From Sminthopsis crassicaudata (Eukaryota): 64,000 bases of DNA. Position numbers and translations under genes: made by a program. The DNA is taken from contig NC_133619.1 of assembly GCF_048593235.1 (NCBI RefSeq), positions 227,182,454-227,246,453 of the forward strand, in the 5' to 3' direction. Every line of letters begins with the position of its first letter. The first letter of the stretch is position 1. Positions 28,380-41,800 of the stretch are shown piece after piece. The notes below the pieces were generated by a model that saw only the letters and a list, made by a program, of their open reading frames with translations, was not told the origin of the DNA and searched no databases.

Positions 28380-29720
28380 CTGAGGACAGTCTTACCCCCG
28401 AACTGCGCCCGCCTCCTACAGCACACAAGGGTGCACCCCCGCGGGCCCTGCCTGCTTCCCGCCTTCAGCTCCCAGACTGCTTGGCTCGCAGAGCCTGACT
28501 CGGCACAGCTGGCCACAGCTGCCAGGCCCTCGCGGCAAAGGTCGGACACCCTGGCAAGCGCGGCAACTCTTCCCGACACCGAGGAGCCGATATCGGGGTT
28601 GGCCAGGGCTGCGTCCCGGGCCCGGGGAAGTGGCTTAGCCTGACCTCTGTGCCCTCCCAGCCGCAGCGCCCTCCCCTTTCCTGTGAGGCCCCCCGGGCCG
28701 CGGCCCCGCCCGCTTCCCGCCAGGTGTTTCCTCTTGGGCTTTCCAAGCCGCCCTGTTCGGCTGCAATGCTCTAGGTCTTGGGTTCGAGACTGTTTCTCCC
28801 TGGAGCAGAAGAGTGAGTGTGCCGGTACTCGGAGCTAGAGCTGGGAGTGAGGCTGACATTTTAATGGGATAAAAAAAGGTTTTCTTCCCCTCCCGCCAGC
28901 CCAGAGACTCTTCTGTCCTCTGCTCCATAAGGGAGTGGGAGAGTGTCTAAGATGTGCTCACTGCGTGGCCGGGCTGGGGAAGGGGTTCAAGGGTAGGGGG
29001 TCAGGAAATCTTCCCACCCCCATCTTTCCTCTCCCCGCGAGAGAGGGATTAGGAGCGAAGGGGCCAGCCTCCCGGAATCCAAACCTCAAATCTTGGCGCT
29101 TTGGTCAAGTGGGAAATCACCCCCCGGATGTGGCGGGGAGGTGAGCCTCGAAAGAAGATCTCGGTTTCCCGGTAGGAAGAGGGGCTGGGGAGAGGATGAG
29201 ACCTGGACCTAGAGGAAATGAACACTGTTCCCAGTGTTCGGACGCTAGAGGGGTCATAAGAGAGGGAAGGGGCTTCTTCAAACACTTACTCTTTTGCTGA
29301 CCACTCAGCTCCCTCTCCCCCAGCCCCTCCCCCTCCCCTCTTCTCTCTTTCTATCCATAAAAGGGAACGGCAGGGAGTCAGGCAGGGGAAGGGAAGGGTG
29401 GGGGTGGGCTGGGCGGCCGCTCTGGAGCTGTCAGGGGTAATGGAAGCCAGTTGCTTTGTGGTGGGGAGCGGGGGAGAGGGAAGGGGGGGGAGGAGCAGGG
29501 CTCGGGGGAGCCAAAGACAACTACAGGAGCTGCCCTGAGGTTGGAACAACTGGGGTGGGGCGGCGTGGGCCGCGACGCCCCGGCGGCTTCTGTACCTCGC
29601 TGCACCCGCACACCTGGCTGTTCTCTCCAGATAAAGATGCTGCTCTCCTCTCCCCACAAGACCTCGATCTCCAACAGCCCCAAACTGCTCGGAGGCAGGC
29701 ACCAACCTTTCCTTCTTCAG
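28380..29720. promoter_or_regulatory. Orphan CpG/GC-rich island between OST4 and EMILIN1
   Basis: CpG-rich with no recognisable coding exon. CArG box CCATAAAAGG at 29355-29364. Confidence 0.6.
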
Positions 29721-31635
29721 TAACAGTGGTACCTTCGCTTTCTAAACCTTGGATTCCCTCCCAATTCCTTCCACACGGTTCAGTATTTAGAATCTCTTCT
29801 CTTTTCCTCTCCCCCATCCACCCCACTTTCATAAGCCCCGCACTGAGTGTCTTAGGCATCTACCATCTTGAGTTCAGGAGAAGGAAAAAAAAAAAAAAGA
29901 TTGCAGATAAATTTTCCTTGGAGAGTTCACCCTTAGGAGCCTTCAAATGAGTTGTCATTCCTAGTTAAGATCCTCTGGAGCAATTTGAGGGCCCAGAGAG
30001 AGAGTTGGGATCCATTTCCCAGCAAGCTGATTCCCTTTATATACCCACTTTGTGGACTCAAACCCCCTGGCCAATCCTGGATGGAAGCCGAGACTTTCCA
30101 AATATAGAGAATTAAGCCAAAACCAAACTTCTTGGAATTGCTTCAGATTCCCAGGGTTAAAGCAGAACACACTGACTTCCAGGCTTGTGGGAGCATTTTC
30201 CCAGGTACATTCTCTTCCATTTCAGTGTATCTTTCTATGTGGAAAGTGGTTCCATAGAATCACAGAATTTCCTGCCTTGAAGAGGGACCCCAGCAGCAAT
30301 CAAGTTCAACTTCAGAAGAATTCCCTCTACAATACACCCTACAAGTTGTTACCCAAACTTCACCTGAACATCTCCAATGATAGGGGTTCCCCCAACTCTA
30401 TCAGTTTTGGACAGCTCTTAAAGAATGTGCTTAAAATCTTTTCTTTGCAACTTTCATCCCAGTCTAGGTGCTCTCTAGGGCTAAACAAAGTAAATCTGAT
30501 ACTTCTTTCCCATGACAATAATTGAAGACAATAATCTCCTCTCCTCCCCACAAGGATCTGAAAAAAACGGGAGAAGAGAAGAATCCTACAATCGATGAAT
30601 TGTTTGCTACCCCTTCACCCTTTAGGGCTTTCTATGCCCTGCAAATAACCAAATGGAAAATGGGCCTCTATATAGGATTTGTCTGCATTGTTTTGACCTA
30701 GTCTTTAGGTAAACTGAAATCAGATATAGCAATCAAGGCAGAAAGGTACACAGTTGAGAGCTAGAAAAGCTAGAGTGAGAGAGAGTGAATGGAGCTGGAA
30801 ATTTGTATCCTGGAGGAGCCTATGGTTATGAGCCACTGTATGCTGGTATGATATTTCCCAGAAACCTGTGACTAAAGAAGGTATATGGCTCAGCATAACA
30901 CCTAGGAGAGATAGAGCCACAAGCCCCAGTAAAGGGCAAATGTTACAGGAAATAGGATATAGGAAAGTTTCCAATGAAAATACCTCCCCCCTTCCCCCCC
31001 CCCCAAAAAAAAAAAACCTGATTACCAAGGATTAAGGACTCATCTAGGGATGGTGCGAACAGAAACTCCACAATTTGGCAAAAAGAAGAATCTTGGTCCT
31101 CAGCTCTGGCGAAGCAGTAGTATGACAAGGAAAGAGCACCCGACTCAAAATTACCTAGTTTTGCCTTCTCATTTTACAGGGGGAGGGAACAAGGTGGGGA
31201 CAGAGGAACAAAGAAAGGCAGAAATTTGCCCAAGGTCATAAGGCTAATAAGTGATGAAGCCAGAATTCTAACTCCCATCTTCCCCCAGTTTAGTATGTTG
31301 GGACATATCAGGGGAAGAGACATGGCCCTCATCCTCAGATTTGAAAGGAGCCAAGTACCTTTGGTTCAATAGTTCCTTATTCAAGGTCACACAGGTAATA
31401 AGTAACAAAGTTAGGATCAGGTTTGAGTCTTCTGACTGTGGACTGAGCATTTTTTTCCACTTGAATGCCCATATTGCCACTTACCTAACTGTGGAACTTT
31501 GAATAAGTTGTTTGCTTCACTTTGGTGGGCCTTAGCTTCCTCATCAGTAATAACAGATAAAATACTTATTTAATAAGTATTATAAAAAGGGATTGATCTG
31601 GAAACTCTTGATCAACTGACTTTCTTATAAACTAA

Positions 31636-31697
31636 TGTTAGGATTACAAGGTGAGAACTCACGTTTTCACCTGAGTTCTCACCTTGTAATCCTAACA
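31636..31697. repeat. Perfect 26-bp inverted repeat with 10-nt spacer
   Basis: tgttaggattacaaggtgagaactca-[cgttttcacc]-tgagttctcaccttgtaatcctaaca. Confidence 0.97.
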
Positions 31698-32089
31698 GGC
31701 TAGTTGATGGAATAATAGCTAACATTTACATAGTGCTTACTATACTTGTGGCACAATGCTAAGCACTTCATAATCATGGTCTAATTTGATCCTGACAATA
31801 ATCCTGGAAGCTGAGATAATCTGAAGATTGCAAGAGATTTGCAAGAGTCACTCAGCTAGAAAGAGTCTGAAGCCACATTTGAATTCATATCTTCCTTATT
31901 GTATGCCTGTCCCTTTGCCACTACACCACACAAAACATACAACAAGATGTTATGGTCTTAAATGAAATATAAAGAAATATTTAGCTTGTTATCCTTTTCA
32001 TTCATCAAACTTTATGGAATTAGAAAGCAGCCATAAGAATAGCAAAGATTATTTAAAAAAAAAAAAAAAACAAAGAAAAAAGTGACATG

Positions 32090-32900
32090 CTAGAAAGATT
32101 GTGGGAAAATAGGCACATTAATGCACTATTGGTGGGTCTGTGGAGAAGTATGACAATTCTAGAAAACAATTTGGAATTATACCCAAAAGGTTATTAAATA
32201 CTGTATACCCTTTGATCCAGCTATATAAATGCTGCTAGATCTAAGGTCAAAGATATGAAATAAAGAGGAAAAAGTTGTATATGTACAAAAATATTTATAG
32301 AAATTCTTTTTGTAGTAGCAAAAAACTGGAAACTAAGGGGTAATAACTGAACAAATTATGATTTATAAATATAATAGAATCCTGTTATGCTGTAAGAAAT
32401 AAAGGACAAGATTATTTCAAAGCAATATCGAAAATTTTACATGAACTGTTGCAGAACATTGAGTAGAACCAGAAAAATTTATAGTATAACATCAATATAA
32501 AAATGAACAATTATTAAGACTTAGACTGATGAAAAAACACTAGCAGAACCAGTATAATTTCTACAATAACAATACTGTACAAATAAACAACTCTGAAAGT
32601 TTAGAACTCTGATCAACAAATGATTATCTATGATTGCAGAAATCCAGTGATGAAGCATGCTTCACAAAGACTTGATGGCTTTGGGGTCTAGAACAAAACA
32701 TATACATATGTGTGCATGTAAACACATCTATACCTATATACACATATATGTGTGTGACACATAATATACATATATCATATGACCATTGAGGGAATTTGTT
32801 TTGCTTGATCATACATAGCTGTTATGAGAAATCAGTTTTTCTTTTTCCTCAAATTAGGGGGAGGGGAATGGATGCTAGGAGAAACAGATATCTGCTAATT
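32090..32900 (+). mobile_element. Old L1 ORF2-end/3'-UTR fragment
   Basis: tgtgggaaaataggcacattaatgcactattggtggg...ccctttgatccagc and aaaaactggaaactaagggg resemble the L1 ORF2 C-terminal region. Confidence 0.7.
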
Positions 32901-33259
32901 AAAGGAATAAATTTTAATTTAAAAAAATGTTAAAGGAACTAGAGGGCAGCTAGATGTCACCTAGCAGAAGGCTTAACTATGTTCCTAAAATCTTTCAGGG
33001 ACTGGCCTGAGGAGGGACATACCATTTAAATAAGAGAGATTCCTATTTGATGTGGCATTTATTTTTTGTTTTGTTTTGTTTTGTTTTTGTGGGGAGAAAT
33101 AGAGGAAGGAGAAGGAAGGCAAATTATAATAATGAATACATCATAGTTAAGAGACAATAGATTATAAAGGAAAAAATCCTAAAGTTAGAATCAAAGGTTA
33201 GAAGCTTCTTCCTGAAATAAAGGGTCATCTTTTACAAACAATGGTATCCTTCGATTGTT

Positions 33260-33450
33260 GAAACACTGTGAGGATACCACAGAATTGAAGTTTTAACCTA
33301 TATTAAATTGCTTGATGTCTAAGGGAGGGGAGGAGGAGGAAGGGAGGGAGAAAAATTTGGAACACAAAGTTTTACAGAGGTGAATGTTGAAAACTATCTT
33401 TTCATGTATTTAGAAAAATAAAAAGCTATTTTAAAAAGTACATCTAAGAA
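33260..33450 (+). mobile_element. L1 3' end fragment
   Basis: G-rich tract, aaatttggaacac...gaatgttgaaaact, AATAAA and A-tail. Related to the copy at 27373-27724. Confidence 0.7.
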
Positions 33451-34199
33451 AAAAAAAAAGAATTAAAGTTAAGGATTATCTAAAAAGCAATAGAGGTGTA
33501 TGATGGGTGCAAGTAGGCTTTGACATTTTACAAAGAATCCCCCAAAGTAGCACAATAGATGTTATCAAGAAAAAATGTGAACAAAAAAGATAGGCTGGTA
33601 ATATGGTAAGAGAGAGGGAAAGTGATGTTCTCCCTTGTTTCCTCAAGATGTCAAGAGAAAGCATATTAGGTAGATACTCTGATGAATTATGGGGAGATAT
33701 GAATAAGAGTCATGTCAGAGGAGTTTGGTATGGGGGAAAGTTGGGGGTGACCTAGATTGTTAAAGAGCCAAGTCAATGAGATCACATTGGAGGACATATG
33801 ATCACAAATAAGCATTACTAAGGTACTACTTCAGTGGAGGATATACTTATTATGTCATTGTTATGATTATTATTATTTACCCTGACACTTGTACTACAAG
33901 TTGCACATGAGGAAAGGAGAGAGTTAGGAAGAATGGGAAGGAAGAATATGATCAGCACTGCACAAAGACTCTTGCTATGAAATCCCACCCAAGCCGGATT
34001 GTTACCTAGGCTCACATGGTCCCAGTAAGTCTCATTCAAACTGTATATCTTTTTTCCCCTTACCATAAACATCTGAAAAAAGGTCACCATGAAATTCTCT
34101 CTATTTTCTACTAACTGCCCTGGTCCTGAGAAATCTGTAAGTATCAATTAGTAAGGCCTGATTATCCCATAGCATGTATGGTAACTCCCATCTCCATGT

Positions 34200-34760
34200 C
34201 TGATGTTCTAAAAAGTCTTAGTGTAGTTTTAAGCTTTAAAAACTTCACAAATAAACTTTTAAACAAAATCATTCAAAAGTTTAAGTGTTTAAATATTCTT
34301 TGAAGTTACTTAGTTTTGTACATTTTAAATAATACAATTTTAATTTAATAAAATGGGCACCTGATTATTATGCAGTAGGTGCAACAGTTTCCAGATGATA
34401 CTTTCTCAGACCAGTGGATTTGGTTTAAGGTTATTATCTCAGTTACCTGATCCATCAGCTCCAACAGAATTTTTCTTAGGAGGTCTTATCAAAACTGTTA
34501 TCTCAGGTATAGATGATCTTAAACTTAAGAATCCTTTCAGGCACTGAGCAACTGCTGATGAAAATTTTAAAAAGTTTAGAAATCATCCAGAGAAAAATGT
34601 AGCAAAAAATGGTGAATTTTAATAAGAAACATCAATATTTTGAAAATGTATGTGATCAGCTTTTCAAAGACAGGTTTTTTGCTAAGTTTTTAAAAGCATT
34701 TATACTTCTAAAGTTATTAAAGCTTAAAACTGCACTAAGACTTATGTGACACTTTGCTAT
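34200..34760. mobile_element. Tc1/mariner-like non-autonomous element (MITE)
   Basis: 27-bp inverted repeat cores at 34213-34239 and 34717-34743 with one mismatch (aagtcttagtgYagttttaagctttaa). Confidence 0.75.
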
Positions 34761-34954
34761 ATCTCAGAATTTTATAGCTGGGACCTCAGCAGTCATTAAA
34801 ACTAATCTGTACTCAAAAAGGAATCACCACCATAACAGATCCATCCTCTGCTTGCAAACCTCCAACAAGAGAGAATCCTCTAGTTCCCAAAACACCCTTT
34901 TCTGCTTTTGTTCAGCTATGTCAACTCTGTGTGACCTCATTTGGAGTTTTGACA

Positions 34955-35130
34955 AAAATATTTGAGTAGGTTGCCTATTCCTTCTCCAGCTCATTTTTAC
35001 AGATGAGGAAACTGAGGCAAAAAGGATTAAATGACTTGCTCAGGATCACAAGGCTAGGGACTATGACCAGACATAACCTCAGAAAGGTGAGTCTTCCTGA
35101 CTCTAGGCCTTAAACTTTACTCACTCTGTC
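34955..35130 (-). mobile_element. MIR/MAR1-like CORE-SINE
   Basis: cattttacagatgaggaaactgaggc...aaatgacttgctcaggatcaca is the antisense CORE sequence. Confidence 0.75.
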
Positions 35131-37837
35131 ACCTAGTTCCCTCATTTCCACTTTTATATATGTGTATATATCAACAAAACTAAAGGAAGCACATACACAA
35201 AATCAGGAGAATAATTTTAGCTAATACATTTTGGTTAAGAGTTTCTTGTTAAATTGTATAATTTCATTTGAGTTGGTTTTCTATTTGATCAAGATATAGT
35301 AAATTTGGCTGATAGTTTGCTTATTTTATGATCAATTTGTAAGCTTCTTGATGATTTTTTGTGTAAATGTTGCATTTATATTGATATTTAAGAAAAAAAA
35401 TAATTTTGCTTTTGAATAAGAAAATATGAAAGAAAAACAATTTTAGTAACACCAAGTTTATTTCATTTACTTGGAAAATTTCATTCTTTCACTGGGAATC
35501 TGTAACAATTGCATGCTCTAGTAGCTCTCTGCACTCTGTGGGCCCTTCACTGTTGCAGACTCCAAGGAGTTTATACAAAAGGAAAATAACAAGGTACTAC
35601 TACTATTCTATCCACAATCTCTCCCTTTTTCATATAGTTTAGGGACCCCTCCTGAGCCAACTGCCAGTGGAATCTCAGCACTCTCTTTTCCCTTCCCCCA
35701 ACTGACCAACTGCCATTACGAAGGACCTTTCAATGCTACCTTCTGTCTTCCTCCCTTCTTGACTCTCAAAAGAATTTCAGGTAAGGCTACTAGATCCTTC
35801 TTTCAAACTCCTAGCCCCATTAATCCCATCCATCTGATTTGCATATTATTGCCATCAGTGATCTTGTCAACCACCCAATGCCCCACTACTTGAAATTCAT
35901 TACTCTCTGCCTCTTAGGAGAGTGTCTCTTATCTTACTTTAAGGATCTCTTCCACCTTCAGTGAGCTTCTCCAACAAACCCATGCTGGTAATATCCCACA
36001 ATCTAATCTATAGGGTATCCCATTACCTACAGTGAGGATATTCAAAATCCTACTATGAGAGTGTTCCACAACCTACTATGAAGATTTAGAGATATTTGGT
36101 ATCACCTACTTCTAACCCATTATCTCTCACTTTACCCAGCTTGTCTCTCAAGATTCATTTCTATACTTCCAACTTCCTATTGGACAATTTTATGCAGACA
36201 CTGGCCATCATCTCAAACTTGATCCAAACTCAAATCATCTTGCCATTCCAAACCACCTTCTCTGGACTACACTTCTCGCCTAGAAACACAGAATCTTAAA
36301 AACTGAAAGGGACCTTGGAAATCATTTATTTGGTTCAATCTCTCCTTCCCTTGGGGAAACTTCCAACCATCCTTGATCCTAAATGTGCATCTTCCTTACT
36401 TTGAAGAAATAAGCTAGAAACTGGCTTTGAGAGCTGACTGTTAAATTTTCAGTGGGAGCATTTATACTTAAGAAACTGTTACAAATCAAGGCTTGATTTA
36501 TTTTTTGTTGATAATTTAGACATGAGAAACTGATTCGAGGAAATGTGAATGATGAAGATTAAACATAAAAATATATGGCAAATTTTTTGAGAGCTGGTGA
36601 TTAAATACTTAAAGGCACATCCTTGCCTCCTCTTTAAGAATCTTTAGTTTCCTTCAAAACTTAGCTCATATGGCACCTCTTTTAAGAAATCTTTCCTGAT
36701 GCCCTTAATTTTAGTTCTTTTCCCCTCTTCCTGAAATTTTATTTATATGTATATATGTACACACATATGTTTACCTAGTCATATCTATACACATGTGAGC
36801 ATATATATCTACATAAGCTTATGTACATATCTGTGCATGTCTCATGTGTATACATATATACACACAAATATACATAAAATATGTATGTTTGTTTTCAAAA
36901 TGAAAACACAAACTCTGTAAGGATAGCTTCTTCCTTCTTTCCGGATTCCCTCTTTTTCTTAGCCATGTCTTAGCCAAGACATAAGTTGTTGGGAATCCTT
37001 TTCCCACCTCTTACAGGTATCCTGTCCCCAACCCCCAATCACCCCTAGTCCCACAGTCAATCCCCAGAATAGCTCTTGCTCCTGCCACTGTGGCTCGGAC
37101 TCCCCATCTGAGTGGCTAGCCCCAGGTTTCTCCCGCCCCAGCTCTGGCCCTGGCTCCATATGGCCCTGTCTGAGAGGCTGGCCCCCTGCCCGGCGGCAAC
37201 TCCACATTTCTCTGTTTCCCCCCCCTTTTTTTTCTCCTTCCCGGCGTTAACAAGAAGCAGATGTGGAGCTGCTGGAAGGGGAGGGGGGGTGGTAGGCTGG
37301 ACCTCCAGCCAGACACTGGGGGGAGGGGAGAGAGAGAGGCAGGCGGCCAGGGCCCGCCCCACACAGCCACCCTCACTCAGAGCCGCCACAGGGGCACAGC
37401 CTCATCATCCCAGAAGAGTCACTGGGCAAGTAATGGGGCAAGGAAGGTGGCAAGAAAATCCTGAAGAGTGGGGAGCCAGGAGAGGGCTGTGAGGGGGCCA
37501 GGGAGAGAGGCTTGAGGAGATAGACCCACATAGGTAAAGGAGGACTGGGGGACTAGGTGCAAAAAGAAAAGACTCCTAAAGAGAGGAGAGCGGAAAGGAG
37601 AGAGGGAGGAAGAGAGAGAGGAGTGGGGGAAGGATCAGGAGGGGGCGTGAGGCTCTGAACAACGCTTCTGGCAGGCAGGAAGCTGGGGTGGGGAAGGGGG
37701 ACAGGGGTTCTCTATCCTTCTGGGTGGAGGTAGCTCTTTCCTGAGGAGCGTCAGGATCCCCCTGGGACTGAGGCAGAAGCAGCCTGCTGGGCTGGGATGT
37801 GCAGCTGAGGCCGGGCACCGAGTGGAGCCTCCCCAGC

Positions 37838-38813
37838 ATGGCCCCCACATCACTCTGGAGCTGTTGCCTCTGCTGTCTGCTGGCTGGGGCAGCCTGGGCT
37901 GCCAGCTACCCATCCCGGGGCTACAGTCTCTACACTGGGGCCCGTTCCCTCAGTCCTGGGGGGCCACAGGCTCAAAGTGCCCACCGCCCAGCTAGTCGCC
38001 ACAGGTAAGAGGCTCCATTGACCCCCAGATGGAACCACTCCGCAAGTACTTTTCCCCCCAACTTTCCTACCACCTCTACCACCTTTTCCCCAGAGGAAAG
38101 AAACTGAGACTTGAGCGGGGTGAGGGGTGGGTCAAATACTAGATATCCAGACCACCCCATGCATTCATTGACCTTCACCCAGTCTTGCCTGCCTTGCCTA
38201 TAAAGTTTTGGGTTTAGAAAGAAACCTGATGTTTTTCATGACTGCAAATGTCTCTATCAAATTACTTCCTTCTCAAAAAGTGGGGAGGGGAGGGAGGAAG
38301 GGAATCTGGAACTAAAAAATCAAAAGTTTTAAACTGTTTTTACATGTAATTGGAAAAAAATATTTTTAAAAAAGGTTCACATTAGAAATAAACCTGACTA
38401 AATTGGTTAAAGCCAATCCAAAAGGGATGTTCCCCAATACTATACTAAGGGTTTCTACTCTGGGACCATATCAGGCTTGGCTGTTTCCAGGGGCCTATTC
38501 TGCTGGGGCATTATTCTCACTTGCTAGTCTCTGGTTCCCCCAGCCCACCCACAGGCTCTGGGCAACAGGGGGTATATATACTCTGAAAAGACTACTCAGG
38601 GCATGAAGTAGGACAGGAGGCCAGGATAGCCCCTGAATTCCTTTCTACTCTTTTGTTCTTTTTCAGTGACTCAATTACCCCCAACTCTTAATCTGTTACT
38701 GACCCCACTCTCCTTGCTACCCTTTGCTCTCCTCCTGACCCTGACTCCATCCTTCACAGATCAGAGGCCCTATATGGATGGGGGTCAGGAATGTGGGACT
38801 ACTGAAAGCTGGA

Positions 38814-38864
<51 letters not shown>

Positions 38865-41800
38865 TGGGGGAGGGGGCAGGAGGGGCCAGGGAGTGGGAAG
38901 GGAGTGGTGAGTAAGTACTAGTGAATGCACCCATTATCCTTATCAGTCCTGAGCTGTGACTAGCAGAAAAAAGGGAAAAGCCTTATCCTTTTCCCAGAAG
39001 GTCCTAAGGCAACATCCGGTAGGAGAGAATCACACATGTAAACAAACTCATATAGAGAAGCATAGAAAATATATATATACTCCAGCACTAATAGTTCTTA
39101 TGAGGTGATTTAAACATTCAAAATTAGTTCCATTTATACGCAAACACACATGGCAACACCTATGGATATACACAAGCAAATGAATGCACCCCCAGCCCTC
39201 TCTGTGCTCCTATGTTGTGGTCATCCAGAGTCACTGACTTTTCCTCCTTGGGCCTTCCTCATTCTTGCTCTAGGAGGCAGAGGGAAAGAGGCCTGTGGAT
39301 GAAGCCCTGCCTCTGCCTTTCTCCTGGGGTCCTCGTCCTCGTGCTCAGGCCCTGATGTTTATGCTTACAGGAACTGGTGTGCCTACGTGGTCACTCGGAC
39401 AGTGAGCTGCGTGCTGGAAGACGGGGTGGAGACCTTTGTCAAACCCGACTACCAAGCCTGTGGTTGGGGCCAGCCCCAGTGTCCCCGAACTATCACGTGA
39501 GTTGTCTGGGCCAGGAAAATGGGGGGGAGGGAGGAAATCCAGACCAAGATGGCGAAACCAGGAGACTGGACTCAAGGCCAAAGAAGTGATAAGGGACGGA
39601 GCCTAGAGGTGGAGGTCAGAGCCATTGAGAGTCCATGGTGAGCTGGAAATAGAGGCTGGAGAGACAGAGCAGAGAACCACTCAGGGACATCTTGCTGCCC
39701 CCTTGTGCTGCTTTCTGTTTTGTGAGACCAGATCTGGGCCCAAACTAGGGCATGGGGAAAACTCAGGGAGGGCGAGTAAGGCTCCCAGGCTCCCCTCTCG
39801 CTGGTAGCCTGGAACTAGCTGGAGTCTATGCCAAACCTCCCCACAGCCTGGTGATTTTTAAGAAAATAAGAAGCAATCAACAGCAAATGTCACTGAGCCA
39901 AATTCTGTGCCGGGTACTCCTCTATACAGAAGATGTATAAAGCTGAATCAGAAAAGCAGGCACTCACATGCACAGATGACTAACTGTCCCAGACGGTGTT
40001 TCCATCTGTCCCAATTTCTCTCTCCCTTAGGTACCGCAGCTTCCTCCGCCCTCGATACAGAGTAGCCTATAAAACAGTAACGGACATGGAATGGCGCTGC
40101 TGTCAGGGTTTTGGGGGCGAGGACTGTAGTGAGGGGCCAACCCCAGCCCTGGGCACCACGACTCCCCATCCTCGGCCTCATCTAGCCCGTCCCAATCTCT
40201 CGGGGTCCAGTGCTGGCAGTTACCTGAGTGGGCTTGGAGGAGAAGGTGGGTACCAGGAATAAATAGAGAAAAGAGATGGAGAAACTCTGTCTGGATAATG
40301 TGGGGGGCCAGGTTACTTGAGGCAGGGTCATGACTCCTGAAAAAAAAAAAAGAGTAAAATAAGCCTGATGGTCAATGAGCTTCCCAAAAAACTGTGTATC
40401 CCACCCTCCAATCCCCAAAGCAAACAGCTATATGCCTTTGTGTGCACTATGTATGCTAGTTAGGGAGGGAAAGAGAATGCCCTTTAGGAGGCAATCCAGC
40501 AGATGAATGTTCTCATTGGCCTCTTGCTAAGGAATAAGCACTTAACCAGGGCCCTGACATAACTAACCCTTAAAATGAGAATGGCTCTCCTACAGAGAGT
40601 CCATGGAAAGATATGATAACTTCCTAACTTTAGTGAGCTGGAAATTCTTAAGTCCTTTTACGCATCTGACAGACTACAAGGTACAATGTAGTCTTTACAG
40701 AACTTAGGTCCCATGAAATAACATGTCTACATTTTGAATATCTCCATATGCATGATGGTCCTCTCAGCTTTATTTCCTTTTTTCTTAATACTTACGATTG
40801 AGTACCAACTTTCTGATGTACATCCTATCTAATGAACACAAATTACTAAACTTTCCATGAAATGCTTGCCTTTGTTTTTCTATTTCTGGAAGATGGGGAG
40901 AAAAAGATGTTCAGTCATGCCCAACTTTTCATTACCCTATATGGGGTTTTCTTGGTAAAGATATTGGAATGGTTTCTTATCTCCTTCTCTGATGGATTAG
41001 GCCAGGATCACACAGGTAGTGTCTTGAGACTGGATTTGAACTCCGGTCTTGCTGACTTCTTAAGCCCAAGGCTCTATTCACTAAGGCACCTAATGCTTTG
41101 ATGAGTTATCTATATTCATGTGGACAAAAGCAGAACCTAAAACAATCATTGATTTTCATTTTCCAGATGGTTTAGTTACAAATGCTGCTTTACTCTTTCC
41201 TAGGTCCTGGGGACTCTGAGAAATTAAAGCAACTGGAGGAGAAAGTACAAAGCATGTCAAAGGAGCTGCAAGGGCTCCAAAGCACCCTGCAGGGCCTGAG
41301 TGGACGCCTGACTGAGGATATCCAAAAGGCTGTAGAGAAGGCATTTAATGGAAGACACCCACCTGCTGATGCGGCTGCCCAACCCGGGGTGCAAGAGACC
41401 CTCAATGAGATTCAGCACAGGCTGCAGCTTTTAGATAATCGCATCTCCACCCATGATAGGGAATTGGGTTTATCCCACAACAGAGGTGGTGCTCTGGGCC
41501 CTGACCTGGTCAACCCATCGCCAGCAGAGAAGCTTTTTCAGGAGATGGAACAGAGGCTGCAGGAATCCTGCTCCAGTTGCATGGATGGACTGGATGACTT
41601 CCGCCGGCAATACCAGGAGGACCAGGAACGCCTCCATGAGTTGGAGAAACTCCTTAGTTCCGTAGAACAACAACAAAGGGAAGCTAGGGAGGAGCTGCAC
41701 CAGCGGCTGGCAGGGGGTTGGGAGCTTCCTCCCGGCTGCTGTGCTCCTGAGCTTGGCCAGAGGCTGGGGGATGTGGAGCGTCAGCTGGATGTGGTGGCCG

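Noticed and set aside
36786-36852. Imperfect fold-back centred on tacataagcttatgta
   Set aside because: It lies in TA/CA low-complexity sequence, which is self-complementary by composition.
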